Shown: positions 17,654 to 27,660 of the stretch, piece by piece | Numbering within the stretch: position 1 is the stretch's first letter | Layout of the letters: the number at the start of each line of letters is the position of its first letter | From: Telmatocola sphagniphila | GTDB lineage: Bacteria > Planctomycetota > Planctomycetia > Gemmatales > Gemmataceae | Assembly: GCF_018398935.1 (NCBI RefSeq) | Contig: NZ_CP074694.1 | Location: 900,001-932,000 of the forward strand | Direction of reading: 5' to 3' | DNA: 32,000 nucleotides | Translations under genes and position numbers: made by a program | Notes under the pieces: generated by a model | Database searches by the model: none | What the model was told of the DNA's origin: nothing | The model's input: only the letters and a program-made list of their open reading frames with translations

Positions 17654-18720
17654 TCTTTAAGACCGAAGGTGGCCGGCTGTTCTTCGATCAGAACTCGCAA
17701 ATTCACCGGCTTGCCATCGCGGATAATCGCCAGATCGCTGGTCTTCCCCGCGGCCAGCAAAGCGATTGTTTTGGTGAATTCATCGCCCGTGTTGATCGAT
17801 TTTTCATCGATTCGGGTAATAATATCGCCGACCTTGAGTCCGGCCTTGGCAGCGGGAGTATCTTCGTAGATGCGGGAAATCACGACGCCGGAGTTCGATT
17901 TTCGACCGAGTTGCTTCGCCAACTGCTCATCGATATCGAGAATTCCGATGCCAAGATAACCACGTTTAACGATGCCGTCCCGCAGCAAGGTCTCCATGAT
18001 CTGCTTGGCAATATTGCTGCTGATCGACATAGAGATCCCCTGGAAGCCGCCCGATTTCGACTTGATGGCCGAGTTGATCCCGATAATCTTCCCCTCCATA
18101 TTGATCAGCGGCCCACCCGAGTTTCCCGGATTCACCGCGGCGTCCGTCTGGATGAAGTCTTCATAGAGATTCATTTTCAAGTTTCGGCTCTTAGCGCTGA
18201 TGATGCCGTGTGTCACGCTCCCGGCCAGCCCATAGGGAGCACCAATTGCCAGGACGCGATCGCCGACTTCCATCTCATCGCTGTTAGCGAAGGAGAGACT
18301 GGGAAGCGGTTGGTCGGGGTGAATTTTGACGACGGCGAGATCGGTTTTTCGGTCGCCGCGAATATCGGTGGTAACAAACCGTTTCCCGTCGGACAGTAGA
18401 ACCGCTAGTGAATCGGCTCCATCCACCACGTGATAGTTCGTGAGAATCACGCCTCGAGAATCGACGATAACTCCCGATCCGACTCCGGTCACCTGATTGG
18501 TTACGCCATTGGAAGTACGGACTTTACGAAGTGGCTCGATGCTCACGACGGCGGGCAGACAGCGTTTAACGATGTCTCGGTAGGAGGTCAATTCCTTGGG
18601 ATAGCTGGCAACATTCCGGGAATCGGCCTGGAGTTGGTTGTGATTGTGAAAACTGTAACCGGCGAAAGCACCGGTCATTAGTAATGCGGAAAAGAAGCCA
18701 AAATGGCTGATCTTTCTCAT
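17650..18720 (-). CDS. htrA: HtrA/DegP-family periplasmic serine endoprotease (trypsin-like domain plus one PDZ)
   Basis: Catalytic His (ILTNYHVV), Asp (DLAVVKI) and Ser (NPGNSGGPLINMEGKIIGINSAI) are present. PDZ segment: RGYLGIGILDI...VVISRIYEDTPAAKAGLKVGDIITRIDEKSI. The signal/anchor is MRKISHFGFFSALLMTGAFAG from the ATG at 18720, with AAAGGAG 9 nt upstream. Confidence 0.93.
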   Translation of the reverse strand: MRKISHFGFFSALLMTGAFAGYSFHNHNQLQADSRNVASYPKELTSYRDIVKRCLPAVVSIEPLRKVRTSNGVTNQVTGVGSGVIVDSRGVILTNYHVVDGADSLAVLLSDGKRFVTTDIRGDRKTDLAVVKIHPDQPLPSLSFANSDEMEVGDRVLAIGAPYGLAGSVTHGIISAKSRNLKMNLYEDFIQTDAAVNPGNSGGPLINMEGKIIGINSAIKSKSGGFQGISMSISSNIAKQIMETLLRDGIVKRGYLGIGILDIDEQLAKQLGRKSNSGVVISRIYEDTPAAKAGLKVGDIITRIDEKSINTGDEFTKTIALLAAGKTSDLAIIRDGKPVNLRVLIEEQPATFGLKD

Positions 18721-18916
18721 GGAGATAAACTCCTTTATTGTGGGCTTCACGGTGTAGGTTTGGAAATCGGATCTACCTAATTCTAGATCACGAAGGCAAG
18801 TCCCCGACAGAGATTTTCCTCTTCCCCGGAAGAAATCCGAAATCCACGTTTTGGGTTTGGAGTTGGGCGCTTCGAAAGTGTTATTCGTTAAATTTGGGCG
18901 ATGATTTGATTTCGTT

Positions 18917-19132
18917 TTATCGGGCCGGTTGCAGTCGCAGACAACCCATCAGGGCCGCCAGAGACAAACCGGAGATCTTTTCAGTCGAAGCTCGCTCGAA
19001 GCTCAGGGTCATCGCGCCACAAACGGGACAGGGCGTTGATTCAATGGCCTGTTGTTCGTGAATCGAAGTCAAGGTATGTTGTCGGGGCCAACTCATCCCG
19101 CAGGATTTGCAGCACATTTTGCCCGGTTTCAT
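18917..19132 (-). CDS. Small (71 aa) CxxC...CxxC zinc-ribbon protein candidate, immediately downstream of the GT-C gene
   Basis: MKPGKMCCKSCGMSWPRQHTLTSIHEQQAIESTPCPVCGAMTLSF... has two CxxC pairs (CKSC, CPVC). The ATG at 19132 is preceded by AGGAAG, and this SD begins right after the upstream TAA stop (19148-19150). No family was recognised. The short length limits confidence. Confidence 0.45.
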   Translation of the reverse strand: MKPGKMCCKSCGMSWPRQHTLTSIHEQQAIESTPCPVCGAMTLSFERASTEKISGLSLAALMGCLRLQPAR

Positions 19133-19147
19133 AATCTTCCTCACCGG

Positions 19148-20785
19148 TTAGTAAGTCGTTTTCGATTTATCGAGTATCACCGAGTCGAAACCGCGGTATC
19201 CGCGACACACCCAGATAGTCCACCCGCTAATCGGCTGACCATCTTCCCGGTAGATCACCTGCCTTGGTGGAGTGACCTGATCGAAAGCTTTGGTCAGGTC
19301 AGGACTTCCTGTCCCGACAACCACGAACGTCTTACCCATGAAGACTTGCGCATCCGCGAGGGGATTTGGGTGCCAAAGATCGTACTGACTGTGGCGGTCT
19401 CCAAAAACCGGCCCGATTGTAAAAACGGAAGGGTGATTTTTACAAAAAAAGCCGACTAAACCGGGTGTCATCCAGCTAAATCCTGCGATTGTCGGTTCCG
19501 CTCCGTCAGACTTGAGTAATTCTTCCCGAATCTGGTCGATTTCTCCGGCCAGATATTTCCAGCCTCGGAGCCGACAGGTCGGATCGAATTTGCGAATTGG
19601 AAACGGATCCGCTGCCGTGGGAGCTTTGACCAGAGGAGATACGGCGGCCCGGTAGGGCCGGGAATCAAGGACGACTGCCGTGAGCAGTAAGCCGATGCTC
19701 GCAGCGACATAAGTCCCGAAGCGTGAAATTTTTGCAAAGCGGAGATCGGCACTCGTCCATTGTTCGTAAAGCCAGCCGACGGTTAAAATCATGCCCGAGA
19801 TATATGCCGCCACCGGCCAATTAATTTGACCGGCTGCCTTGAATGTCACACCCGCGAATAGTGCCACGGTGGGAACGGACATCCACCAGAGGAATAGCTT
19901 CTTGGGATCGGTCTGCTTCCCCGGCCGGTTGACGATCATGGCCGCGAACCAGGCTACGAACCAGTAGCCGATCATCAGGGCCAGCTGGCCGCCGAGAAAT
20001 TCCAGCGGTCCCAGCCAGCGAATGCCCGTGTTCTTCTGGGCCATCGGCACCCCTGCCTGCACGGCCACATGCTTGAAGGTTACCCAGTCGTTCTTCCAAT
20101 TCCAGTAAAAGATCGGCAGACAGCAAAGCAGGCTGATAAGGCCCGCGATCCAGATGCCTCTTCGCCCCAGTTGGTAGCGAAAAGTCGGGGTGAATAGAAA
20201 GAAGCAACCGACTGAGAAAAACCATAATGCCATTGTGTATTTGGCCAGAATTCCTGCACCGACTAATAGACCGAGAAGAAGCCAGGAAATCCGGCTGTTT
20301 TCAAAGATCGCTTTATAACCGAAGAAAAGTGCCCAGGACCAGGCGCACACGAACGGAGAGTCGATCGTCATCAGCAGCGAACCGGCCGAAATAACCGGGA
20401 GCGTGCTGGCCAGAGCGATGAGTAGAAAAGCGAGTTTTTCGTTGCCATAAATCCGGGTCGTCAGCTTGTACAAAGCGACCAGCAAGAGAGTTCCGCAGAT
20501 TACCGAAGGCAACCGAACCGCGAGTAATTCTGAACCGGTTAAGGAAATCGAAAGGGAGCCGAATAGAGACAAGCTGGCATGGATCAGCCAGGCGACGCCC
20601 GGGCCCTTACTGTAATAGCTCCAGTCGAGGTTGCGGGCCCAATCCCAGTAGTGCGCTTCATCCGGTGCCAAATCGAAACTGCAAAAATAGCCAAGGTAGA
20701 TAATTCGGAGGATCGTCAGCGCGGCAATCAGAAACGCGGCCAAAAGCCGCCATCGTCGTGCCTCGGAAATATTCTCAGTCGACAT
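19148..20785 (-). CDS. GT-C fold glycosyltransferase, family 39/83-like (ArnT / PMT_2, polyprenyl-phosphate-sugar dependent), with a C-terminal soluble domain
   Basis: First-loop signature LAPDEAHYWDWARNLDWSYYSKGPGVAWLI is the DE..YW motif of ArnT/PMT-type enzymes. It is followed by about 10 or more hydrophobic helices and a roughly 180-aa non-hydrophobic tail. I prefer the ATG at 20785 (MSTENISEARRWRLLAAFLIAALTIL), with GGGAAGGG upstream. The 58 extra N-terminal residues in the track look non-coding. Confidence 0.88.
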   Translation of the reverse strand: MSTENISEARRWRLLAAFLIAALTILRIIYLGYFCSFDLAPDEAHYWDWARNLDWSYYSKGPGVAWLIHASLSLFGSLSISLTGSELLAVRLPSVICGTLLLVALYKLTTRIYGNEKLAFLLIALASTLPVISAGSLLMTIDSPFVCAWSWALFFGYKAIFENSRISWLLLGLLVGAGILAKYTMALWFFSVGCFFLFTPTFRYQLGRRGIWIAGLISLLCCLPIFYWNWKNDWVTFKHVAVQAGVPMAQKNTGIRWLGPLEFLGGQLALMIGYWFVAWFAAMIVNRPGKQTDPKKLFLWWMSVPTVALFAGVTFKAAGQINWPVAAYISGMILTVGWLYEQWTSADLRFAKISRFGTYVAASIGLLLTAVVLDSRPYRAAVSPLVKAPTAADPFPIRKFDPTCRLRGWKYLAGEIDQIREELLKSDGAEPTIAGFSWMTPGLVGFFCKNHPSVFTIGPVFGDRHSQYDLWHPNPLADAQVFMGKTFVVVGTGSPDLTKAFDQVTPPRQVIYREDGQPISGWTIWVCRGYRGFDSVILDKSKTTY

Positions 20786-20957
20786 AGTTGCCCTTCCCTG
20801 GGTTCCGACTGGATATTCGCGGATCGGGCAAGATTGGTCAAGGGCAGGATTTTGGCCGACGAGGTAATGCCAGGCGAAAATGCCAGGCGAATTGATGTGA
20901 TAAAAATCGTGGCTGGCGGCAACTGATAGCCTGAGTCCACTCGACGAGAGCGTAGTC

Positions 20958-20990
20958 AAAAGGGGTAAGCCAACGGTGGTATTCTACCCC
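20958..20990 (-). terminator. Candidate intrinsic terminator at the end of the prkA-...-orf157 gene string
   Basis: On the minus-strand RNA: GGGGUA (complement of plus-strand positions 20990-20985), a 17-nt loop containing a CCA/UGG sub-stem, then UACCCC (complement of 20967-20962), followed by UUUUGAC. The 5' arm overlaps the TAG stop of orf157 (20984-20986). With only a 6-bp outer stem it is weak. Confidence 0.35.
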
Positions 20991-21457
20991 ATCACATCGT
21001 CGATCAGCTTGCTCAACACTTCGTGCGTCAGAGTCATGGGCTGAACTTCCCGGGGCTTCGATTCGCCGGTCGATGCCTGATAACGGGTCATCTCGCAGCT
21101 TCGGTCGGAATGCAACAGCATCTCGTAATACGAAACTTCGCCATTACCTTTCGTCGGCGTCGCGCTGCGGAGAAGGGCAGTCTTTTGCGGTTCATCGACT
21201 TCCAGGACTTTCAGCGGTTCCAGAAGCCCCGTGACTTTACCGGCGACCTGCTGCGACCAGGTTTTGACTTCGCCGGCCGTCAGTTCCGGGCCAGTGGAAG
21301 TCGATTTCAATTTCAGCGAGCGAAAGCGGGAACTGAGAGAATCGTTGACGACCCCCGTCAATTCCAGAGTGCAGTTCGGCAGCGGGATCTGGGCCGTATC
21401 GATTGTGCTGCTGATCTCGCTAAGCTTTGCGGTCAGGTTTGCGTTTGCCATCGTCAT
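20984..21457 (-). CDS. Hypothetical 157-aa soluble protein, last gene of the prkA/yeaH/spoVR string
   Basis: The ATG at 21457 is preceded by TAGGAGATA (AGGAGA Shine-Dalgarno, 3-nt spacer) and lies 38 nt inside the spoVR 3' end, in another frame. There is no TM segment, signal peptide or motif I recognise (MTMANANLTAKLSEISSTIDTAQIPLPNCTLELTGVV...). The + ORF 21023..21559 on the opposite strand looks like a shadow: Arg-rich and low complexity. Confidence 0.6.
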   Translation of the reverse strand: MTMANANLTAKLSEISSTIDTAQIPLPNCTLELTGVVNDSLSSRFRSLKLKSTSTGPELTAGEVKTWSQQVAGKVTGLLEPLKVLEVDEPQKTALLRSATPTKGNGEVSYYEMLLHSDRSCEMTRYQASTGESKPREVQPMTLTHEVLSKLIDDVMG

Positions 21458-22967
21458 TATCTCCTATCAGCTGAGTCGAATGGTCATTCCCATCGAACGA
21501 CATCAGGCTGGGTTTTCCATCAATCAGAGTTTCCAGATGAACGGGCCGATTCCACATGAACTGGAGATTGGCCAGGGTATCGCGGGCGGTATCGACTTTA
21601 AGATCCATGCCGCCGTGCAGATGCTTCAGCAGTAGTTCGCCGCGGTTGCGATGATTGCCATTCACTACGACAATCCAGGGCTTTCCGAAGTTCGTCAGGC
21701 TGAAGAGCAGTCGTTTTTTGATGTTGTCGAATTCCCGGGATTCGATCAGATACTGTTCCGCCGAGTCGTTGTAGCCGAACGAAAAGAGCTTATGCCGGTG
21801 GCAGAACTCCGGAGTCAGAAATGTGTCGATGAAGGTAATGTCGTTGTGGATCTTTCGAACTTCGAAGATCTTTTTCCGACCCAGGCCCAACTCGCGATTC
21901 CAGCGGCGTTTGGTATCCAGGTCATCGCAATCGTCGTATTCCGAGCCAAAGCGGCCGGTGTTCCACCGTTCTTCGATGTCGCGGAAAAGTTCGATGCCTA
22001 ACTTGTACGGATTCAGTCGGCCGCCACTCATGGCCATCGTGCCGCTATGGTGGTCGGCGTAGTCGATCAGTTCGGAAGACTGCAGGACTTTCTGCGTCAT
22101 GATCGTGCTATGCCAGTACGAGGCCCAGCCCTCATTCATGATTTTGGTCTGACCCTGCGGTGTGAAGTAATACGCTTCATCCCGAATGATGGAGAGGATA
22201 TCGCGCTGCCAGTTTCGCAGGGGGGCATGCTCGATCAGAAAGAGCAGAACATCTTTCTCCGGATGATCCGGAAAATTGGCCGTCGGTTGCTTCTTACGGG
22301 GTTCCCGTTCATCGCTCATTCGCTCGCGCGGATTGATGTAGGCATCCATGTAGTCCTTGCTTTTGAACCGGGGCGGCTCGGCTTCGATGGAATTCGTTTC
22401 TTCGTTGAAGTCGTATTTGGAATGTTCGCCCCGCCGCTTAATGGCCACCGAATGAATGTCGATCAGGTCGTCGATGGACATGCAGCGGTCGATGAACGAT
22501 TCGACTTCGTCTTCGCCGAATCGTTCCGAGTAGTCGCGAATTTTAGCCGCATGATTGGCGATATCGTCCATCATTTTTCGGTTCGTATGGGCGAAAAACG
22601 CGTTGTTCTTGAAGAAATCGCAGTGCCCATAAACGTGAGCCATCACCAGTTTCTGATCGACCAGATGGTTGCACTGCATCAAGTAGGCATAACAGGGATC
22701 GTTATTGATCACCATCTCGTAAATTTTCGACAGCCCGTAATCGTAGCCTTTCTTCAGTTCCTCGTACTGCATCCCGAAAGACCAGTGAGGATAGCGGGTC
22801 GGAAAGCCGCCGTAGGCGGCGATTTCGTTCAGATCGTCCGCATCGACCACTTCGAAGATCGTTTCGAAAAAATCCAGCCCGTATTCGTGCGCGTACGCTT
22901 CGATCTCATCCTTCAAAACGCGAAGGTGAACTGGCAGATTCGTGTTGTAAAACGTGGAGGAATTCAT
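21420..22967 (-). CDS. spoVR: SpoVR/YcgB family protein
   Basis: YAHEYGLDFFETIFEVVDADDLNEIAAYGGFPTRYPHWSFGMQYEEL, MAHVYGHCDFFKNN and IMNEGWASYWH are all present. The ATG at 22967 lies 2 nt after the yeaH TAG, with GGGAGG inside the yeaH end. Confidence 0.93.
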   Translation of the reverse strand: MNSSTFYNTNLPVHLRVLKDEIEAYAHEYGLDFFETIFEVVDADDLNEIAAYGGFPTRYPHWSFGMQYEELKKGYDYGLSKIYEMVINNDPCYAYLMQCNHLVDQKLVMAHVYGHCDFFKNNAFFAHTNRKMMDDIANHAAKIRDYSERFGEDEVESFIDRCMSIDDLIDIHSVAIKRRGEHSKYDFNEETNSIEAEPPRFKSKDYMDAYINPRERMSDEREPRKKQPTANFPDHPEKDVLLFLIEHAPLRNWQRDILSIIRDEAYYFTPQGQTKIMNEGWASYWHSTIMTQKVLQSSELIDYADHHSGTMAMSGGRLNPYKLGIELFRDIEERWNTGRFGSEYDDCDDLDTKRRWNRELGLGRKKIFEVRKIHNDITFIDTFLTPEFCHRHKLFSFGYNDSAEQYLIESREFDNIKKRLLFSLTNFGKPWIVVVNGNHRNRGELLLKHLHGGMDLKVDTARDTLANLQFMWNRPVHLETLIDGKPSLMSFDGNDHSTQLIGDNDDGKRKPDRKA

Positions 22968-22969
22968 TC

Positions 22970-24112
22970 CTACCTCCCGGTGCTCAAAAAGTCCTTAATC
23001 GATTCCAGAATGGCGTCTTTATTGGGGACTTTACTCAACACCAGATTTTCGTGCTTGTCGGATAGCTCTCCGATATGTTCGATGAATTCGCCCGAGCCGT
23101 ACGGGCTTTCCACCTGACCGTACCCGAACAGGTTCACCCTCGGCAGCAGTTTTTCGTGCAGAAGATGCTGGCACTGCGGGATATCATCGCCCCAGTTGTC
23201 GCCGTCTGAAAAGTGGAAGGCGTAGATGTTCCAGGATTCCGGGGGATAGCGGGTATCGATCAGATGCTTACAAAGTTCATAAGCCGTGCTGATCTTGGTG
23301 CCACCCGATTCCCGCGTGTGATAGAAAGTGTGCTCATCGACTTCCCGGGCGACGGCATCGTGAATGATGTACGCGGTCTCTACCCCCTGGTAGTGTTTCT
23401 TGATCCAGGAATCGAGCCAGAAAGATTCGATCCGAACGATCTCTTTTTGCTCGTCTGTCATCGAGCCGGAAACATCCATCATGTAGATAATCGCGGCCAC
23501 GGCCTGCGGCTGGGGAGTTTCCCTCCAGCTGCGGTACTGCTTGTCGGGCCGGATGGGAATGATCTTGGGATTGATGGGATCGTAGGTGTTCGAAGAAATC
23601 TGGCGCTTCAACGCACGCCGATAAGTCCGCTTGAAGTGCCGCAGACTTTCCGGACCCACCTGACGAATGCTGTTGTATTTGTCCTTGGTGGAAACGATGT
23701 TTTTTTTGCCACGCGGTTCGATGCGAGGTAAAGCCAGATTCTCGCCGAGAATCTCCACCATCTCGTCGAGGGAGAGATCGACTTCGAGGATGTGGCCACC
23801 CGGTTCGTCACCTGCTTGAGGGATTCCGTTCTCGTCTCCGCCTGGACCCAGCGGAGCGCCGACATCGCCTTCGCCAGAGCCAACGCCGCCGCTGTTTCGC
23901 TTGCCATATTTGAATTGCGGGATTTCGATGGCGGGAATCGGGATGCTGACCAGCTCTTTGCCCTTTCGGCCGATCATTTCGCCCCGGCTGATATATTTGC
24001 TCAGGTCGCTCTTGATCTTGCCTCGGACAATTTTGCGGAACCGCTGAAAATCTCGTTCGATCTTCTGTCCCACGATATGACCTCTATTAGCGGGCTTCCC
24101 TGCACGCTCCAT
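22970..24112 (-). CDS. yeaH: YeaH/YhbH family protein (DUF444, vWA-like)
   Basis: N-terminal [24 protein letters not shown]...[16 protein letters not shown]. Gly-rich/acidic linker [22 protein letters not shown]. vWA-like MIDAS-type segment [18 protein letters not shown]...[10 protein letters not shown]. Confidence 0.9.
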   Translation of the reverse strand: MERAGKPANRGHIVGQKIERDFQRFRKIVRGKIKSDLSKYISRGEMIGRKGKELVSIPIPAIEIPQFKYGKRNSGGVGSGEGDVGAPLGPGGDENGIPQAGDEPGGHILEVDLSLDEMVEILGENLALPRIEPRGKKNIVSTKDKYNSIRQVGPESLRHFKRTYRRALKRQISSNTYDPINPKIIPIRPDKQYRSWRETPQPQAVAAIIYMMDVSGSMTDEQKEIVRIESFWLDSWIKKHYQGVETAYIIHDAVAREVDEHTFYHTRESGGTKISTAYELCKHLIDTRYPPESWNIYAFHFSDGDNWGDDIPQCQHLLHEKLLPRVNLFGYGQVESPYGSGEFIEHIGELSDKHENLVLSKVPNKDAILESIKDFLSTGR

Positions 24113-24191
24113 GCCGGGCTTCTATCTCTATTTTACCCTCGAATGCAGCGCTTCTCCATAGCACATCCGGATCCAATTCGAGTTATCCCTA

Positions 24192-25016
24192 TTAAAACCG
24201 TTGATCGAGCTGAAATTTACCTGAGTATATTTCTCTTCCTGGCTCCGTCGGCGTCTCCGAGAGCAGCGGTTTCTTCACAATCACGTGCCCATGAGAAAAA
24301 CGGACCCATTCGAAGCGGGAGGCACGAGGCTGACCACAACCAAACTCGGGGCTGGTCGCGTCCGCAATCCCACACTCATCGACTAACTCCTTCACGAAAC
24401 CGACCATGCCGCGATTGTGGCTGGGGAATCGGCTCTTGACGTAGTTCCAACGCGTGTAACCGACCAGTTTGCGAAGTAATCGTTTATTTTGAATCCAGTT
24501 GTTCTTGGCCAGCGAGTTCAATATCCTCTCGTGCCAGGCAAACTGGACCCCGGGAGGCGTGTAGTGCTTTCCATCGGGGTAGTCTTTCCAATAACCCGTG
24601 CCCCAATCCTCGATGAAGTAGAGTCCGCCGGGCTTGAGGTGGTGCTCAAAAAGATGCCAGAAACTGATGCGACTCAATTGCCCCACGTGCGACGCATCGT
24701 CGATAATGATATCGAAGCCTTCTGGGGCTAATTCGTTACCGATTTTATCCAGTATTCGCGTATCCTGCTGCTCTCCCTGGTAGCAATGCACCCGGTCGTA
24801 ACCCGATTCTATTTGAAACGGCTTGATGTCGAGGCCGGCGATAGTGGCGCAAGGAAACCAATCGGACCAGTGACGTAAGGAATCGCCCTTGGCGATCCCG
24901 AGTTCCAGCAGTTTGACCGGTTCGTTTCGAAGGGGGCCTAAGAATTCTTGATAATTTTTCAGATAGTGGTTGAGCCAGAGTTTATCAATCCTGATATCGG
25001 CTAGTGTTGCAGCCAC
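24192..25016 (-). CDS. Class I SAM-dependent methyltransferase (Rossmann-like fold) with a roughly 120-aa C-terminal extension, located between prkA and yeaH
   Basis: Motif I-like VKLLELGIAKGDSLRHW, ATIAGLDI, motif post-II FDIIIDDASH, then LKPGGLYFIEDWGTGYW. The GTG start at 25016 is preceded by GCAGGAGATAACTA (AGGAGA SD, 7-nt spacer). The substrate is not inferable from sequence. Confidence 0.85.
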   Translation of the reverse strand: MAATLADIRIDKLWLNHYLKNYQEFLGPLRNEPVKLLELGIAKGDSLRHWSDWFPCATIAGLDIKPFQIESGYDRVHCYQGEQQDTRILDKIGNELAPEGFDIIIDDASHVGQLSRISFWHLFEHHLKPGGLYFIEDWGTGYWKDYPDGKHYTPPGVQFAWHERILNSLAKNNWIQNKRLLRKLVGYTRWNYVKSRFPSHNRGMVGFVKELVDECGIADATSPEFGCGQPRASRFEWVRFSHGHVIVKKPLLSETPTEPGREIYSGKFQLDQRF

Positions 25017-25187
25017 TAGTTATCTCCTGCGTGAGCGGTAAACGGGCACCCATTTCTTATAGGGCGATCGCTGCAGAGTTCTAGTTCAAATTGAAGTAGC
25101 TTCTCAGAAAAATGGCAGTTTTGGAGAGAGAGGAAAGATGGGGGTTCCCTGAGCCGCGCCTTTGGAACACTTAGGGCTGCTCCTTCC

Positions 25188-25224
25188 GGCCTGACCCGGT
25201 TCATGACCTCAAGCCGGTCAGGCC
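25188..25224 (-). other. Stem-loop 26 nt downstream of the prkA stop (possible attenuator, processing or stabilising element; not a canonical terminator)
   Basis: GGCCTGACCCGG (25188-25199) pairs with CCGGTCAGGCC (25214-25224): 11 bp with one bulged C and a 14-nt loop. No U-run follows on the minus strand. Confidence 0.25.
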
Positions 25225-25250
25225 CCCACCTTTCCTCATCCCTCCAGAAA

Positions 25251-27290
<2,040 letters not shown>

Positions 27291-27427
27291 TTATGATCCC
27301 TCATTAGGTGGTGACGATTTCGCTAATACGCCTAGGTCCATGGAGAGGTGTCCAAACGCTGATGGTTCGAACGTGGGCGCGGATTGCTCGGGAATTCTCC
27401 CAAAATCTTACCCAATCTATTCTACCC

Positions 27428-27442
27428 GCAATTCTCCTTCCA
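27428..27442 (-). promoter_or_regulatory. Sigma-54-type -24/-12 match oriented toward prkA
   Basis: The minus strand reads TGGAAGGAGAATTGC. This is TGG-N8-TTGC, the GG-N10-GC spacing of the RpoN consensus TGGCACG-N4-TTGC. It lies about 138 nt upstream of the prkA ATG. Only the core dinucleotides and spacing match, so it may be chance. Confidence 0.2.
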
Positions 27443-27494
27443 TCCCAACTTAGAAATGCAGCAATTGGTAAAGATTGTGCTCTTTTTTCTGGCT

Positions 27495-27509
27495 TGGAGC
27501 GGCAATTGC
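27495..27509 (+). promoter_or_regulatory. Sigma-54-type -24/-12 match oriented toward the 27661 small gene
   Basis: The plus strand reads TGGAGCGGCAATTGC(A), with the same TGG-N8-TTGC spacing. It lies about 150 nt upstream of the ATG at 27661 and back-to-back with the minus-strand match 53 nt away. Confidence 0.2.
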
Positions 27510-27660
27510 AAACTAGGGAAGAATAAGCGTCTCTATTGTTAGGACGACCGGAACGATCCGTTCGTTCGGAGAAAGTCTTAAATAAAAAGTGCCCCGCTTA
27601 GAATACCGGATAGTTGATGCTTACCGACTGGGCGGAGTTTGAGTTGAAAAGGAATTTCCC

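Noticed and set aside
17566-18399. 277-aa + strand ORF
   Set aside because: It is antisense to htrA, whose catalytic triad and PDZ domain are readable, so it is a shadow ORF. The same reasoning applies to 7981..8652, 10872..11693, 25203..25859, 26763..27194 and 30176..30874.
22047-23117. 356-aa + strand ORF spanning the spoVR/yeaH junction
   Set aside because: It is antisense to two genes with clear family signatures and crosses their junction, which a real gene would be unlikely to do. It has no recognisable motif.
25016-25204. 62-aa minus-strand ORF between prkA and the methyltransferase
   Set aside because: It has no SD and implausible composition. It would end exactly at the MT start codon only because the track extends to the next stop. 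The region is better explained as an untranslated spacer with a stem-loop.
27355-27385. GGTTCGAAC, a T-loop-like string suggesting a tRNA
   Set aside because: The flanking bases do not form a T-stem, and no acceptor, D or anticodon arms can be drawn. It is not a tRNA.
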